Below, piece after piece: positions 19,051 to 31,027 of a stretch of DNA of 64,000 nucleotides. Source of the stretch: a virus. Where the stretch lies: positions 1-64,000 of IMG/VR virus record IMGVR_UViG_3300033153_009093; one strand, 5' to 3'. Every line of letters starts with the position of its first letter. Position 1 is the stretch's first letter. The notes under the pieces were generated by a model. It had not been told where the DNA came from. It worked only from the letters and a program-made list of their open reading frames with translations, and ran no database searches. A program made the translations under genes and the position numbers.

Positions 19051-20991
19051 ATGACAAATTTTTTACTTCAAAATTTATTTCTTCCTGAATTAAAAGAAAA
19101 TGCAGTATCTTATATCTCAACTTTCTCAGAGGAAAAGTTAGTCAAATTAATTTTAACATTAAAATATTATTATTATGATACTAATTCTCCTTTAATATCT
19201 GATGATATATATGATACTATAGAAGATTATTGCAGAAATAAATATCCAACCAATTTAAATTTTTATAAAGTGGGAAGTTCTATTAAAATAAATAGAATTG
19301 GAAAAACTAAATTGCCTTTTTATATGGGAAGTTTAGATAAAATAAAACCCGGCAATGATTTAATAGAAAAATTTAATAAGAAGTTTTCGGGCAAATATAT
19401 TTTATCTGATAAATTAGATGGACAATCATTAGAACTTCAATATATAAATTCAGAATGGAAAATATACACTAGAGGGGATGGTTCAGTGGGTCAAGACGTT
19501 TCTCATTTAGTAAAATATTTAATATTACCCAAATCTATTTCTGATATATGTATTAGGGCAGAAGTTATTATATCGATTTCAAAATTTAAAACTTTATTTC
19601 CTAATGCAAAAAATGCTAGAAATTCTATAAGCGGAATATTAACAAAAAAATCCGTTGATCCTGTATTAGTTAAAGAAATTGATATCATCGGCACTTCGAT
19701 AATGAATCCTGTAATATCGCCTTTACAGCAATTTTTAAAATTACAACAAATAGGGTTTAAAGTTCCTAAATATAAATTAGTTAATTCTTTAAACGAAGCG
19801 GATTTAATAAGTTATTATAAAAAAAGAAAAGAGAATTCTGAATATGTAATTGATGGTATCGTAATTACACAAAATGAAGTGCATGATAATATAGAATCTG
19901 GGAATCCAAAGCATAGTAAAGCATTTAAATTAGACAATCAAGGTCAATCAAATGATGAATCTGCCGTTGCAGTTGTTAAAAATGTTATTTGGCAACCTTC
20001 GAGATATGGAGTTTTAAAACCTGTCGTCATTATTAAACCTGTAAATGTTTGCGGTGTTACGATATCAAAAGTGACAGGGTTCAATTATAAATTCATAAAA
20101 GAAAATTGTATAGGAAAAGATAGTAAAATATTAGTAATTAGAAGTGGAGATGTTATACCGCATATAATTAGCATTATTAAAAAATCAAACCCGATATTAC
20201 CTGATATAAATTATCATCTTTCTGATAGTAAAATAGATGCTATTGCAGATACCGAAGTAACTGAAACAAAAATTAAAAAAATAAATAATTTTTTTAAAGT
20301 TATCGAAGTTGAATCCTTTAGTATTGGTTTAGTGACAAGATTTTATAATAATAAATTTGATACTATTCAAAAAATTCTTGGCATGTCAATAAATGATATG
20401 ATACTTATTGAAGGTATCAGAGAAAAAAGAGCAACTATTATTTATAATAATATTCATAAATCGTTACAAAATGTTACATTAAAAAAATTAATGACTGCAT
20501 CTGGTAGCTTTGGGAAAGATTTCGGTGAACGTAGAATTTTATCAGTGTTAAATATTGAACCAAATATATTAACTATTGATTCTAAAGATTTGATATATAC
20601 TATAGTTATAAATATTTCAGGATTCAGTGAAAATTTAACTAAAAGATTTATTAAAGGTTTATTAAAATTTAAAATTTTTAAAGAAAGTATAGATAGTTAT
20701 ACTAATATTAAAACTGAACAAACTAAAAAATTAAATAATGATTTTAATATATTAATAAATGAAAGAATACTTTTTACTGGATTTAGAGATTCAGAATTAA
20801 AAGAATTAATTTTAAATAATAGTGGAACAATATCTAAAACTATTTCAAAAAAAGTAACCATTATTATTATTAAAGATAAAAATTATTCTAATACTAAAAT
20901 TAAAAAAGCTAAAAAAATGAATATTAGTGTATTGACAAAAAAAGATTTTGTTAGTAAATATAAACTGATGCATTCTAAGAATAAGGAATGA
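19051..20991 (+). CDS. ligA: NAD-dependent DNA ligase
   Basis: MGSLDK, SDKLDG, TRGDG, IDGIV, AFK, RSGDVIP, C-terminal BRCT (FTGFRD). Confidence 0.93.
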   Translation: MTNFLLQNLFLPELKENAVSYISTFSEEKLVKLILTLKYYYYDTNSPLISDDIYDTIEDYCRNKYPTNLNFYKVGSSIKINRIGKTKLPFYMGSLDKIKPGNDLIEKFNKKFSGKYILSDKLDGQSLELQYINSEWKIYTRGDGSVGQDVSHLVKYLILPKSISDICIRAEVIISISKFKTLFPNAKNARNSISGILTKKSVDPVLVKEIDIIGTSIMNPVISPLQQFLKLQQIGFKVPKYKLVNSLNEADLISYYKKRKENSEYVIDGIVITQNEVHDNIESGNPKHSKAFKLDNQGQSNDESAVAVVKNVIWQPSRYGVLKPVVIIKPVNVCGVTISKVTGFNYKFIKENCIGKDSKILVIRSGDVIPHIISIIKKSNPILPDINYHLSDSKIDAIADTEVTETKIKKINNFFKVIEVESFSIGLVTRFYNNKFDTIQKILGMSINDMILIEGIREKRATIIYNNIHKSLQNVTLKKLMTASGSFGKDFGERRILSVLNIEPNILTIDSKDLIYTIVINISGFSENLTKRFIKGLLKFKIFKESIDSYTNIKTEQTKKLNNDFNILINERILFTGFRDSELKELILNNSGTISKTISKKVTIIIIKDKNYSNTKIKKAKKMNISVLTKKDFVSKYKLMHSKNKE

Positions 20992-21164
20992 AATATAAAT
21001 TAAAAAGGAAATAATTATGTGCGGATATAATTTGTATGATGAAAGATTAGAAAAAAGTAATATGCCTTTATGTAAAAAAGAAGGAGGAACGATTATACTA
21101 TCAGATGAAGAAATAGAAATTCTTCAATTAGAATTAAGGGAATCTTATAAAGCTTTTAAACAAT

Positions 21165-21389
21165 TTGATAAGGATAATAAATAATATTATGAGTCTAACA
21201 AATCAAAGTTATGATGATATTCCAAAAGTTATATGTAAAGAAATAGGAATACTTATTCGTGCTACTGAGTTATTAGCACAAGTACACAATGAAATTTCCG
21301 GGCCGAGGGGCCTTTCGGGAGGAACAATTATTTCAAAAAAAACATCTAAAGAAATTGAAAAATATTTTCAAGAACATATATTCGATTAA
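21165..21389 (+). CDS. Hypothetical protein
   Basis: Short ORF; true start probably ATG at 21189. Confidence 0.45.
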   Translation: MIRIINNIMSLTNQSYDDIPKVICKEIGILIRATELLAQVHNEISGPRGLSGGTIISKKTSKEIEKYFQEHIFD

Positions 21390-21997
21390 ACTAATTTACA
21401 AAATCTAATATTGAATACTTGAGATATTCTATTAATGATACTTTCTTGATTCAATAAACGTTCAGTTTCAGGTATAAACTATAATTCTGTATGTGAAGAT
21501 TTTATAGAATGATATTCGCCCGGAAATTTTCTATAATAATGTAATTTAATAATTGAGTCTATTTCTTTGCTCATAAACCCATAAGTATCATAGTCTGTAA
21601 CATAATCAATCTTTAAATCATAGAAAATACTACCTAAATTACCTTTATTAATTTTTAATATATGAGGTATAATAAAGAATTTTATCTTTGGTAATTCTAC
21701 ACCGGTAGTATTTTCAGTTTTAACAAGCATCGTTCGTATATCTACAAACTGATTATTATATAATACCCTGCCGTTAAAATATTGATCAGGGTATGTTATT
21801 AATAAAACAGGAATAGTATTTGAGTCAGTTATATTATTAGCATCTTCAATATTTATTATAAATTTATATTTAATATTAGTAATTACAGTAGAATCAAATG
21901 AATCCCCGTTCTACATTATAGAAGTAGAATCTTCGTGAATGCCATCAATTAAATATTTTTTTAAATCGTTTACGATTACTTTATATTCGTCTATCAT
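21386..21997 (-). CDS. Putative virion protein, 203 aa with TAG read through (2 TAG)
   Basis: ATG 21997; TAGs at 21911-13 and 21479-81; TAA at 21386. Confidence 0.7.
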
Positions 21998-22017
21998 TTA
22001 ACAGCCTGATTTTTTTA

Positions 22018-22851
22018 TTAAAAAATAAAATTATAAAATACATTCTTTTTTCTTTTAAATTTCTTTAACTATTCATCTTTAAACGTATTCATTTGTTTAG
22101 CAAAATTAGGGTCATTAAAATTGTTAGCTAATGATTTTAAACTATCAGAATAATTGGATAGATCATTATCAAATGAAACACTTAATCCTGATAACGACAC
22201 TTCTTTAATTTTACTAAGTTCATCATTTGTCATATCGCTATTAATGGTATCATATACCAAATTGAATATCTTTTCATTGATATCCATATATTTACCATAT
22301 TGACTATTAATAATAAACTCTATAAATTTATAAAAAGTATACGGCTTTAATACGCTAAAAATGTATTCCACTATATTGTTAGGGTCTAATACTCTATTTG
22401 ACGTATAAACGACCATAGAATCCTTTTGAATATTTATATACTCACCTGTGCTATCTGTTAAAATCATAGGCCTAGAGGGTACATAATATGACGACATGCT
22501 ATTAATATATTGGCTTGTCATCTGTATAGAAAATATTTCATCTACAGATACAAATAAATCAGAAGTATTATAAATATTTTTTATAAATGACGAAGATACA
22601 ACTGACAATTTTTTAACCGGTATCATTAATTTAACTTCTAAAAAATTTTCATCTAATGAATCAAGGTATAATTTATAATTAGTTAAAGAATCTAACTTAT
22701 ATACTCTTGTATTTACTGCTGGAAAATCGTTAGAAAAGTTAGATAATATAAATGCCATTACTGTATTGATATCAGTAATTGATAATGAAGACATAATTGT
22801 CCCGAACTGTAACGAGATTTCATCTTTAATATCATTTAATGTTTTGCTCAT
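22018..22851 (-). CDS. Putative neck/head-completion protein, 277 aa (1 TAG)
   Basis: TAG 22069-71 (KDE*LKK) reads on to TAA 22018; divergent from terminase; function inferred from context only. Confidence 0.55.
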
Positions 22852-22872
22852 ATTATTATTTCCAATATTATT

Positions 22873-22928
22873 TTATTATATTAATTCAAATTTATTCTAT
22901 ATATCAATGCTATTAATTAATATAATAA
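22873..22928. promoter_or_regulatory. Candidate late promoter AATTAATATAATAA, divergent pair
   Basis: Exact copies at 22873-86 (minus) and 22915-28 (plus), 21 and 18 nt before the two ATGs. Confidence 0.55.
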
Positions 22929-22946
22929 ATGTTTATAGGGAAATAA

Positions 22947-24758
22947 ATGAAAACCTCAAGATATGACAACGCCACGTATTCATTAATAAGAAAGTTATTA
23001 TTATTACAAAAAAATAAACCTAGAAATTTTACACCTATGGATGAAAGATTTCTAAAATTATTAATAAATGGAAAGATTGATTATGAATAGATAAAAAGAG
23101 AAAAAGAAAAATGTAAAACTGATATCAATTATTTTATTAATACTTTTATTTATGTAAAAAATAAATTTCAAAATATAGACGAAATTCCTGAAATTTTAAA
23201 AGATAAAGTAGAAGATGATAAAATTAAATTCGTAATGTATGACATTCAACGAAAACTTGTTGATGCAATTATGAATGATGACAAAGTCATTTCTACTAAA
23301 TCAAGACAGATAGGATTTACGACTACTAGTTTAGCATGCGCATTATAGCTTATTACTTTTAATAATAATAAAACGGTATTGTTGTTTTCTAAAAGTGAAA
23401 AAGACGCAAAAGATACTTTAGCGGAATTAAAATTTATGTATAATCAATTACCATTTTTTTTAAGGCGAGCCATTGATAAAAATAATGAAAAGGAATTGAT
23501 ATTAGGTAATAAATTAAATAGTTCAAAAATCATAGTACAAACTACCGGTAAATCAAGTGGTAGATCTCATGCTGCAACTTAGATTCTATTTGATGAAGCT
23601 GATTATATTCAAGGCATATCTGATATATATAGAGCCTCGGCCCCTGCCATTTCGGCAACTAAAGGAAAATTTATAGTTCTTTCTACGCCTAATTTATATG
23701 GATCGTAGTTTCATAAAATGGTTCAAGGTTCAAAAAATAAAAGGAATGGATTTACTTTAATTGAAGGGCATTAGCATACTATACCTTAGAGAACAAAAGA
23801 ATAGTACGCTGAACAATGTGCAATGTTAAATCATGATAAAAAATCAATAGCGACAGAGCTTGATATGAAATAGATATTGCCCTTTGATACTTATTTTGAT
23901 GATAAAAAATTATTAATAATCAAAGGTATTAAGCCAACAGAAATTATTTGCGGAATAGTTAATCAGTATCATAAACCAAAAAAAGATAATATATATATAA
24001 TTTCTGTTGATTGTCAAGAGGAAGGTTCGCATAATAATGCGATAATTGTATATGATATCAATGAAAAAATAATTGTTGCCGAAGTTGCAACTAAAATGAA
24101 TATATATGAAACGTTATTAGAATTATCAACGTTATATAATAATGCTAGAATAATTATTGAAAGAAATAGAGGATTTTATTTAATAAAAAAATTTGAAGAA
24201 AATGATTTAGAAGAATTACTATTACCTAATATTAAATATTTATCTAAAACAGATAAATTTGAATTCGATATAGACGATAGAGGAAGGCCTAATAAATTAG
24301 GATTCGTAACAACAAAGCATACAAGAAATAAATTATTAATACATCTATCATCTTATATATATAAAACAAGAACCTTGCCAATTCCTATACTAGAAGAAGC
24401 CAGAACTTTTATTATTAAAAGAGGAAGGCCAATAGGAATAGTTAGTGACGACTTATTGATCAGTACAGGAATAGTTATATTAACGGCTTATGTTATTAAT
24501 GATTCTAAAAATAATACTTCTTCAAATAAAAAATTAAAATACTTAATTGATAATTATTAGGGAAAGTCATTAAATTTAAAAAATAAAAGTGTAACTCATA
24601 AAGAAAAAATTAAAAAACAAATAAATAAATTAAAAAGATCTTTAATGAGTTCTTCTAGTACAAATTCATATAATACTTTTATTCAAATAGAAGAATTGAA
24701 AAAAATGAATCATACTAATAATTCTAAAATAGGAAAAATTCAATCAATGTTTTTCTGA
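22947..24758 (+). CDS. terL: Terminase large subunit, 603 aa with TAG read through (9 TAG, 0 TGG)
   Basis: KSRQIGFTT (Walker A region), ILFDEA (Walker B), LSTPN, nuclease SVDCQE and IIIERNR, DDLLIS; all fragments in one frame; TGA stop. Confidence 0.92.
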
Positions 24759-24790
24759 TAATAATACCGGAAAAAATCCGGTATTATTAT
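24758..24790. terminator. Bidirectional hairpin between convergent terminase and CCA operons
   Basis: 14-bp stem ataataataccgga / tccggtattattat. Confidence 0.75.
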
Positions 24791-24966
24791 TTATCAATCT
24801 TATTTATCCAACAGCAATTATACCAAAAAAATTCATTAGATGGTAGTTGTATTTTAACATCTCTATTTACATATCTTTTATTTATAATCGTTCCTGTTTT
24901 ATTTTTATTAACATCAGGGTAATCTATAACATATTGTTTACCCACAATAATATCATCAAAATACAT
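24787..24966 (-). CDS. Small hypothetical protein (59 aa)
   Basis: MYFDDIIVGKQY...; two TGG; below ORF-track cutoff. Confidence 0.45.
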   Translation of the reverse strand: MYFDDIIVGKQYVIDYPDVNKNKTGTIINKRYVNRDVKIQLPSNEFFWYNCCWINKIDK

Positions 24967-25021
24967 AGTTATAACCTCTCTAATAATTTATTTAAACAAT
25001 CGATAATATATCTTGGAATAT

Positions 25022-26269
25022 TTATATTAACGTTTTAAAATAATTTACTCTTTTATTGAACAGAGTCTCGCCAAATATTTTTCCTGTTCCTTTATACCCT
25101 TCAGCTATAAGAGCTTTGCCGGTTACATCATTAATAGTTTGTAAATAATGTTTAAAATATACACACCTTTCTTTATGACCCTGCATAGCTTCTTCAATAT
25201 CTCCACCTTCCCTAAATGCTGAATCTATAAAAGATATCCTTGAAACATGTATAAAATCTTTATTTAAGTTATGTAGGAATCTAAAACATTTACCTATTCT
25301 CATTTCATACATTCGTTTAATTACCATATGAAATTGAGAACTTTTAATAGTTAGATTCTTTAATTTAGTAGGAATCTTTAACCGATTACAAAAGTTCTCA
25401 ATTTCAATAATTCCCAATTTATCATGACCGTGATGTTTAGGATGCATATTATTATCTGTAACACCCTTTCCGAAATCATGACATAATATCGATAGTTTAT
25501 CTTCAATAGTATTATTTCCATGATATAATAAATTTAGAGTATGATTTAAAGATGTTCCATCGTGCATATCCTTTACATTCAATGCAGCAACTTCCGGCAT
25601 AAATTTTTTTAATAAATTTATATCGTTTAAATGCCTAAAAAATTTATCAGGAGAATTAGATAACAATGCCTTTTCTGTTTCTTTCCATACCCTTTCATAA
25701 GATATTTCATTTAATTCATTATCATTAGTCATAGATAATAATAATTTAAATAAACTATCAGAAATATTAAAATTTAACTGCGAAGCAAACCTGCATGCTC
25801 TGAAAATTCTTAAATAATCATCTTTAAAATAATTGCTCACATTTCGTAATGTTTTATTTTTTATATCCGATATTCCATTATAAGGATCAATAATTTCTTC
25901 TGTTAATATATTGATAGCAATAGCATTGATTGTTAAATCTCTACGAAATAAATCTTCTTCTATTGTTACTTTATTTGTATAAAAATAAAACCCTGTATGA
26001 CCTGTTCCATGTTTAAATTCTTTTCTTGCCAATGCAACTTCACATGCTTCATTATTAATATTTATAATAAATACAGGAAAAGAAGTACCAACAACTTTTT
26101 CAAAGGGAATATTTTTGAAATCTACTCCGGTAATGACATAATCTCTATCATTAGATTTTCTATTCAGAAATTTATCTCTAACATATCCACCTGTTATATA
26201 TAAAGTACCTTCTAAATTCTTAATATAGTTAGCAAATTCAAGTTCAGAGTTAAATTTTATAGCCGTCAT
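25022..26269 (-). CDS. cca: CCA-adding tRNA nucleotidyltransferase with HD domain
   Basis: TGGYVRD, DRDYV, EVALARKE, DLFRRDLTINAIA, DDYLRIFRACRFA, LCHDFGKG. Confidence 0.92.
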   Translation of the reverse strand: MTAIKFNSELEFANYIKNLEGTLYITGGYVRDKFLNRKSNDRDYVITGVDFKNIPFEKVVGTSFPVFIININNEACEVALARKEFKHGTGHTGFYFYTNKVTIEEDLFRRDLTINAIAINILTEEIIDPYNGISDIKNKTLRNVSNYFKDDYLRIFRACRFASQLNFNISDSLFKLLLSMTNDNELNEISYERVWKETEKALLSNSPDKFFRHLNDINLLKKFMPEVAALNVKDMHDGTSLNHTLNLLYHGNNTIEDKLSILCHDFGKGVTDNNMHPKHHGHDKLGIIEIENFCNRLKIPTKLKNLTIKSSQFHMVIKRMYEMRIGKCFRFLHNLNKDFIHVSRISFIDSAFREGGDIEEAMQGHKERCVYFKHYLQTINDVTGKALIAEGYKGTGKIFGETLFNKRVNYFKTLI

Positions 26270-26304
26270 AATATAATTGCTCCATTAGTATTTAAGATTT
26301 TTTA

Positions 26305-26376
26305 ATAATACAATATAATTTAAATTTTGTCAATGTTTATTTTTAGCTTGACAAAATTTGAATCTTATATTATATT
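26305..26376. promoter_or_regulatory. Divergent sigma70-type promoter pair
   Basis: Minus TTGACA(26333-28)-17-TATTAT; plus TTGACA(26348)-17-TATATT; both begin TTGACAAAATTT. Confidence 0.75.
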
Positions 26377-26412
26377 TATACTATATAAATAATTGAATAT
26401 ATAATAAATAAT

Positions 26413-26694
26413 ATGAAAAAGTATATACAGTATTATATTAATACGACTTTAAACCGAAGAGATAAATTAATAATTCAATCTATTTATAATAAAATAGGAA
26501 TAAATATTAAAGGTGATATTTATAAATATATCAATAGATTAAAAATTATAGAAGGCGTTCAGCCTAATCATAGCTATAAAATATATTCATTTGATAACAT
26601 TGATATAATATTAATAGAAGAACCTGATTTTAATATTATAAAAAAGGAATTAAATGAATATATTAATATAGAATATAAATATATTCTATTATAA
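26413..26694 (+). CDS. Hypothetical protein
   Basis: Downstream of promoter. Confidence 0.5.
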   Translation: MKKYIQYYINTTLNRRDKLIIQSIYNKIGINIKGDIYKYINRLKIIEGVQPNHSYKIYSFDNIDIILIEEPDFNIIKKELNEYINIEYKYILL

Positions 26695-26729
26695 TAGAAT
26701 ATCAACCAACAATTAAATGGATAATTAAA

Positions 26730-27125
26730 ATGAACAAAAAAGAACAATTTACAAAGATGGGGAAGCGTTCTCTTATCGGTATTGCATGTATAGCTGCAAT
26801 TGGTATAGGATTGTATACTTTTAATGAGGCGGCAAATACTAGAATATTCAGCGAAAAACGAGCAAAGAAAAATGCTCAACGGTTTGTGGATACTCATAAA
26901 ATTAATGTCAAAAGATTGACTTGTGCAGGTGATACAGTTGATCCTAAATATAAAGCTAGAGATGGTTATGGATCTTGTGCATTAGTTACTAATGAAGGTG
27001 AAAAAATTATGCTTCAATGTCCTGCTGATTTTTTTGAAAATTTATTAGGAGCAAGAAGTTGTAAAGAGTATTTTATTACTTTAAATTTTACATCATCAAA
27101 TTCCGACCCTGCTCCTACTGAATAA
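26730..27125 (+). CDS. Membrane-anchored Cys-containing protein
   Basis: N-terminal TM helix; CAGD...DGYGSC...LQC...GARSC. Confidence 0.65.
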   Translation: MNKKEQFTKMGKRSLIGIACIAAIGIGLYTFNEAANTRIFSEKRAKKNAQRFVDTHKINVKRLTCAGDTVDPKYKARDGYGSCALVTNEGEKIMLQCPADFFENLLGARSCKEYFITLNFTSSNSDPAPTE

Positions 27126-27193
27126 TTTAATTCTAAGAATGTAAATCTAGCGCAGCCCGATTACGATGGAGCGACTTTTACGCTGCTTGCATC

Positions 27194-27691
27194 ATGAATT
27201 TTCAGGCAACTCGCAGAAGAGAAATACTCACTAACATTAATATACATGAGGCGAATATGTCAAAAGAAGAAATTAATAAACCTACAAATGCGTTCTATAA
27301 TATATTATTTAATGCATTACATTCCGAAGATTTAAATTCATGTATAACATGTGATAAATTTAATACATGTTCCTATACGCAGAATTATTTGGATTATTGT
27401 ATTGAATATAAATACTATATGCCGAAAAATAATAAACCTCCTATACAAAAACCAAGATTAATTAAAAGCGTATATGCAAAGAAAGGCTGTAGGAATAGAG
27501 CTATAAAAATTGAATGCATAGGTGAAAATGCAATTAACTTTATCACTGAATATATCGGTAAATATGGCAAGCTGATAACTCATTCGGTACCGGAACCTAA
27601 TTATAATAATATTAAATACTATACATTAATTGTATCAAATCTATATCATATGAATGATGTATTAAAATATACATTATCTTATACTGATTGA
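27194..27691 (+). CDS. Hypothetical Cys-rich protein
   Basis: CITCDKFNTC...YC; probable start at ATG near 27257 behind GAGG. Confidence 0.55.
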   Translation: MNFQATRRREILTNINIHEANMSKEEINKPTNAFYNILFNALHSEDLNSCITCDKFNTCSYTQNYLDYCIEYKYYMPKNNKPPIQKPRLIKSVYAKKGCRNRAIKIECIGENAINFITEYIGKYGKLITHSVPEPNYNNIKYYTLIVSNLYHMNDVLKYTLSYTD

Positions 27692-27715
27692 TATATTTCA
27701 ATCTATAGAAGTTTT

Positions 27716-27760
27716 AAAAAAGCGATAGGAAGGGATTGATTCTCTTCCTATCGCTTTTTT
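27716..27760 (+). terminator. Intrinsic terminator upstream of the head operon
   Basis: 17-bp stem aaaaaagcgataggaag / cttcctatcgctttttt plus T run. Confidence 0.8.
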
Positions 27761-27800
27761 TTATAATTAATTATTAATAATACAATAAAAAGGAAATGAA

Positions 27801-29249
27801 ATGAAACATAACATTTTTAATATTATTAAATATCCAGATAAAAAAGAATCTGCGAAAGCATTTGATAATAGCGCCTTATTAAATAATGTAAAAATGTAGG
27901 AAACTCATACTCATTTTTACATTAGCAATTTTCCCGGAACCTTCGGAAATGTGCAAAATAAAAATAATAGAATATATGATTAGAATACATTGACTTATGC
28001 AGCTAATTAGTTCAATGATATAAAAGAAAAAAATCCGTATTTTTGTTATATATTTGATGGTCATAAAGATGATGATAGCTATGAATTTATTGCAGGAAGA
28101 GTATTGCAATTAAAAATAGATCATAGAAATAAATGCATTTTAATGGATTTAAAATTAAATAAAGGGGCAAAATCGTAGCCAGCTATCAAAAATATTATAG
28201 AAGATGGTGACCCGGTAGGGGCTAGTATGAGAATTATAACGCCTAACGTTATAACTTCATCAAAAGAAGAATTAAAAAATATAAATAATAACATTACATT
28301 TTTAGAAGATGATAATAGAAACATTGCTAAATTAATGAGCAATGACAGTGAAATAGAATATATTACAGGGGAGGCGTTTATATAGAGATTCGATATTACT
28401 TGGTTTCCGTCTTTTAATTATTCTTTTGTAAATAAACCTTATAAATTTGACCCGATTTATAATAAAAATGAATCTTTAAATTTTAATAATATTAACGATA
28501 AATTCAAAGATATTAAAACTGCCGCAACTAACTTTTCATCAGATGTAATATGTAGTACAAATTCTTGTGAATTCAGAAAGCAAATAAAAAATTTTGTTGA
28601 TTTAATAAATATAGACAATTCTATAAATAATATTAATAATAAAAATTTATATGAAAGTATGTTAAATTTTTCATATATCAACCTTGATTAGTTTGATTTT
28701 AGTAATATAAAAGATGCGGAATATTTAAAAGATGCTTTAGAAGAAAATAATTATACTGATATTAATATTTATAAAGAAGTAATATCAAATATTATAGAAA
28801 ATAACATTATAAATTATATTATAGAAAAAAGTGTTTTTGATGTCGATATAATTAATAAACTACTAATTAATACAATAAACGAAATAGTTGATGAAGATAA
28901 TATATTTTATCAATTAATAACTTTAAATTATTTACATTTTACAATATTATCCACTATATTACTTTCAACAAAAAATAATGATAAAGTTGATAATATAAAT
29001 AATTTAGTTGATGTTATAGCAACTAATATAACAAAGAATGATACTATTGATAGTTTTGTTTTTAAATTATATAATGATTTAAAAAAAGAAATTAATTTAT
29101 ATGATTATATAAATTATATATTTATGTATCTATATAAATATATTAATAATTATGGTGATAAAATATCACCATTATTAATTATAAACGAAGCTGTAAAATT
29201 ATTTACAATTAATAAATCATTGACTATAACAAAATATATTAATAAATAA
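27801..29249 (+). CDS. Prohead protease (T4 gp21-like) with C-terminal extension, 482 aa (6 TAG, 1 TGG)
   Basis: Missing from ORF track. GTFGNVQNKNNRIYD*, DGH, GDPVGASMR (Ser motif), FI*RFDITWFPSF. Confidence 0.8.
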
Positions 29250-29298
29250 AAAATCTAATTAATATAACAAATACATGTTATTAAAAGGGTATAATTAT

Positions 29299-30975
29299 AT
29301 GAGTAAATTACTTACTGTATTAATTAAAAAATTAAATAGTGTTAAAGAATCTTCACAAGATGTCACTCTTGATTTTTCCGAAAATAAAGAGGCGGTGTAC
29401 GAGGATTTGTTAATACCTTTAATGAATTTAACTAAATCATCTGATTTAACGCAATTGCATGATAGTTTAAATGTTATCATTAATGATCCTCAAGATTCTG
29501 AAAAATTTACAGAAATCGGAGATTTATTGGTCAACTATCTTATGGAAGATAATAAAGACGATGATAATGGAGATTTATATGAAGAATTTGATAATCTCAT
29601 GTTAAATTGCATGGCAATATTTAATAGTTTAAAAAAAGCTATTGTCGAGAAAAATATTACAACTATGAATGAAGAATTAACAACTTATATCAATTCTAAA
29701 TTTAAAGTTGACCATGATGATGATGATACAATAAATGATCTTGAAAATGATGATAGTTCAATTGATTCAAAAGAAAATAAAAATAAATTGAAAACCAATG
29801 ACGATGTCGCTGAATCTATAAAAATTATTTCGCCAAAAGATGAAACTGATGATGAAGCTTAGGGGGAAATAAATAAAATAGAATTAAAAAATACTCTTAT
29901 GGATCAATTAGAAGGATCAAAAGGAGAAAAAGAAAAAAATACCATAAAAGAAGTAATAGATGAAACTTTTGCATTAGTGACATCTTATGAAAAAACTGGC
30001 GATTAGAAATAGCCTCATCATGTTATTAAAGATGAAAAATTAATTCTTAATGTCAACGGTTTAAAAACAGCGGCATTATTTTTATTAAAACATAACACTT
30101 CCAGAAATTTATCATCCGATGAACGAATTGAAATTGCAACCCATCTCAGTCGGCATTATGATGAATTGGAATTAGAAAAACCTGAACGATTAATTAAAAT
30201 AGCGGATGATTCTGAAAGTATTATAACTGTTAAAGTACAAGAAGATGAATTAAAAGAATATGCTGAAAATTTTAATACTAATGTCGAAAATGTTTCAATT
30301 TATATTGGATTATTCGAAGCATTAATTACTGATTTAGTAAATAGCGGAATTATAGATATTAAAGACAAGGCGGAAGATTTTGATGAATCTTTAATATCTG
30401 TTCAGCTTTCAAAAGAACAAGTTGAAGAATTTTTAAATTATTTTGACATTATGTCTGATGATATTTTAAATATTTTATCAAATAATTTAAGTTCTATGTC
30501 TTATAAAAAGACTGATATTGATTTAAAAAATAAATTGTTAAAATCGGAAAGTATTATAACTGAATTGCAACAAACAATTATTGAATTGACCGAACAGAAT
30601 AAAAAGAGTGAAACTGATTTAAATAAAGCGACAAATTCCAATTATGATAAAAATTTAGTTGATAATAAATTTGAAGTCATAATTAATTTTGTCAAGTCTT
30701 CAGATATTAAAGATGAAACATTAATCCAGTTTATAAATAATATTATTGAAGCCGAATCTAAAAAGGATATAGGATATCTCACTAAACTTGGTAAATCATT
30801 TATGAAATCAAAGATATCTGATAGTACTCAGTTTATAAAAAAGTCTAAAGTAATAAATAGATTTTCTAATAATGAATTAGACGAATTATTAGATTTTGTA
30901 GGAGATGGAAAAACTGAATCTGCTGATTCTATTATTGACAATGATAGAATCAATAGATTGGCAGAATATTTATAA
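29299..30975 (+). CDS. Putative scaffold/prohead core protein, 558 aa (3 TAG)
   Basis: Joins ORFs 29275 and 30166 via TAGs at 29860, 30004, 30010; acidic coiled-coil; GD*K*PHH...HLSRHY module; lies between protease and capsid genes. Confidence 0.7.
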
Positions 30976-30988
30976 TAAAAACTTAATT

Positions 30989-31002
30989 AATTAATATAAT
31001 AA
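30989..31002 (+). promoter_or_regulatory. Candidate late promoter AATTAATATAATAA
   Basis: Exact copy 25 nt before the capsid ATG. Confidence 0.55.
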
Positions 31003-31027
31003 CAAGAAATATAAAGGTAACATATAT

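Noticed and set aside
27141-27235. Suppressor tRNA
   Set aside because: No acceptor stem, T-loop (TTCG/TTCA) or CTA anticodon loop; kept only as a possible ncRNA.
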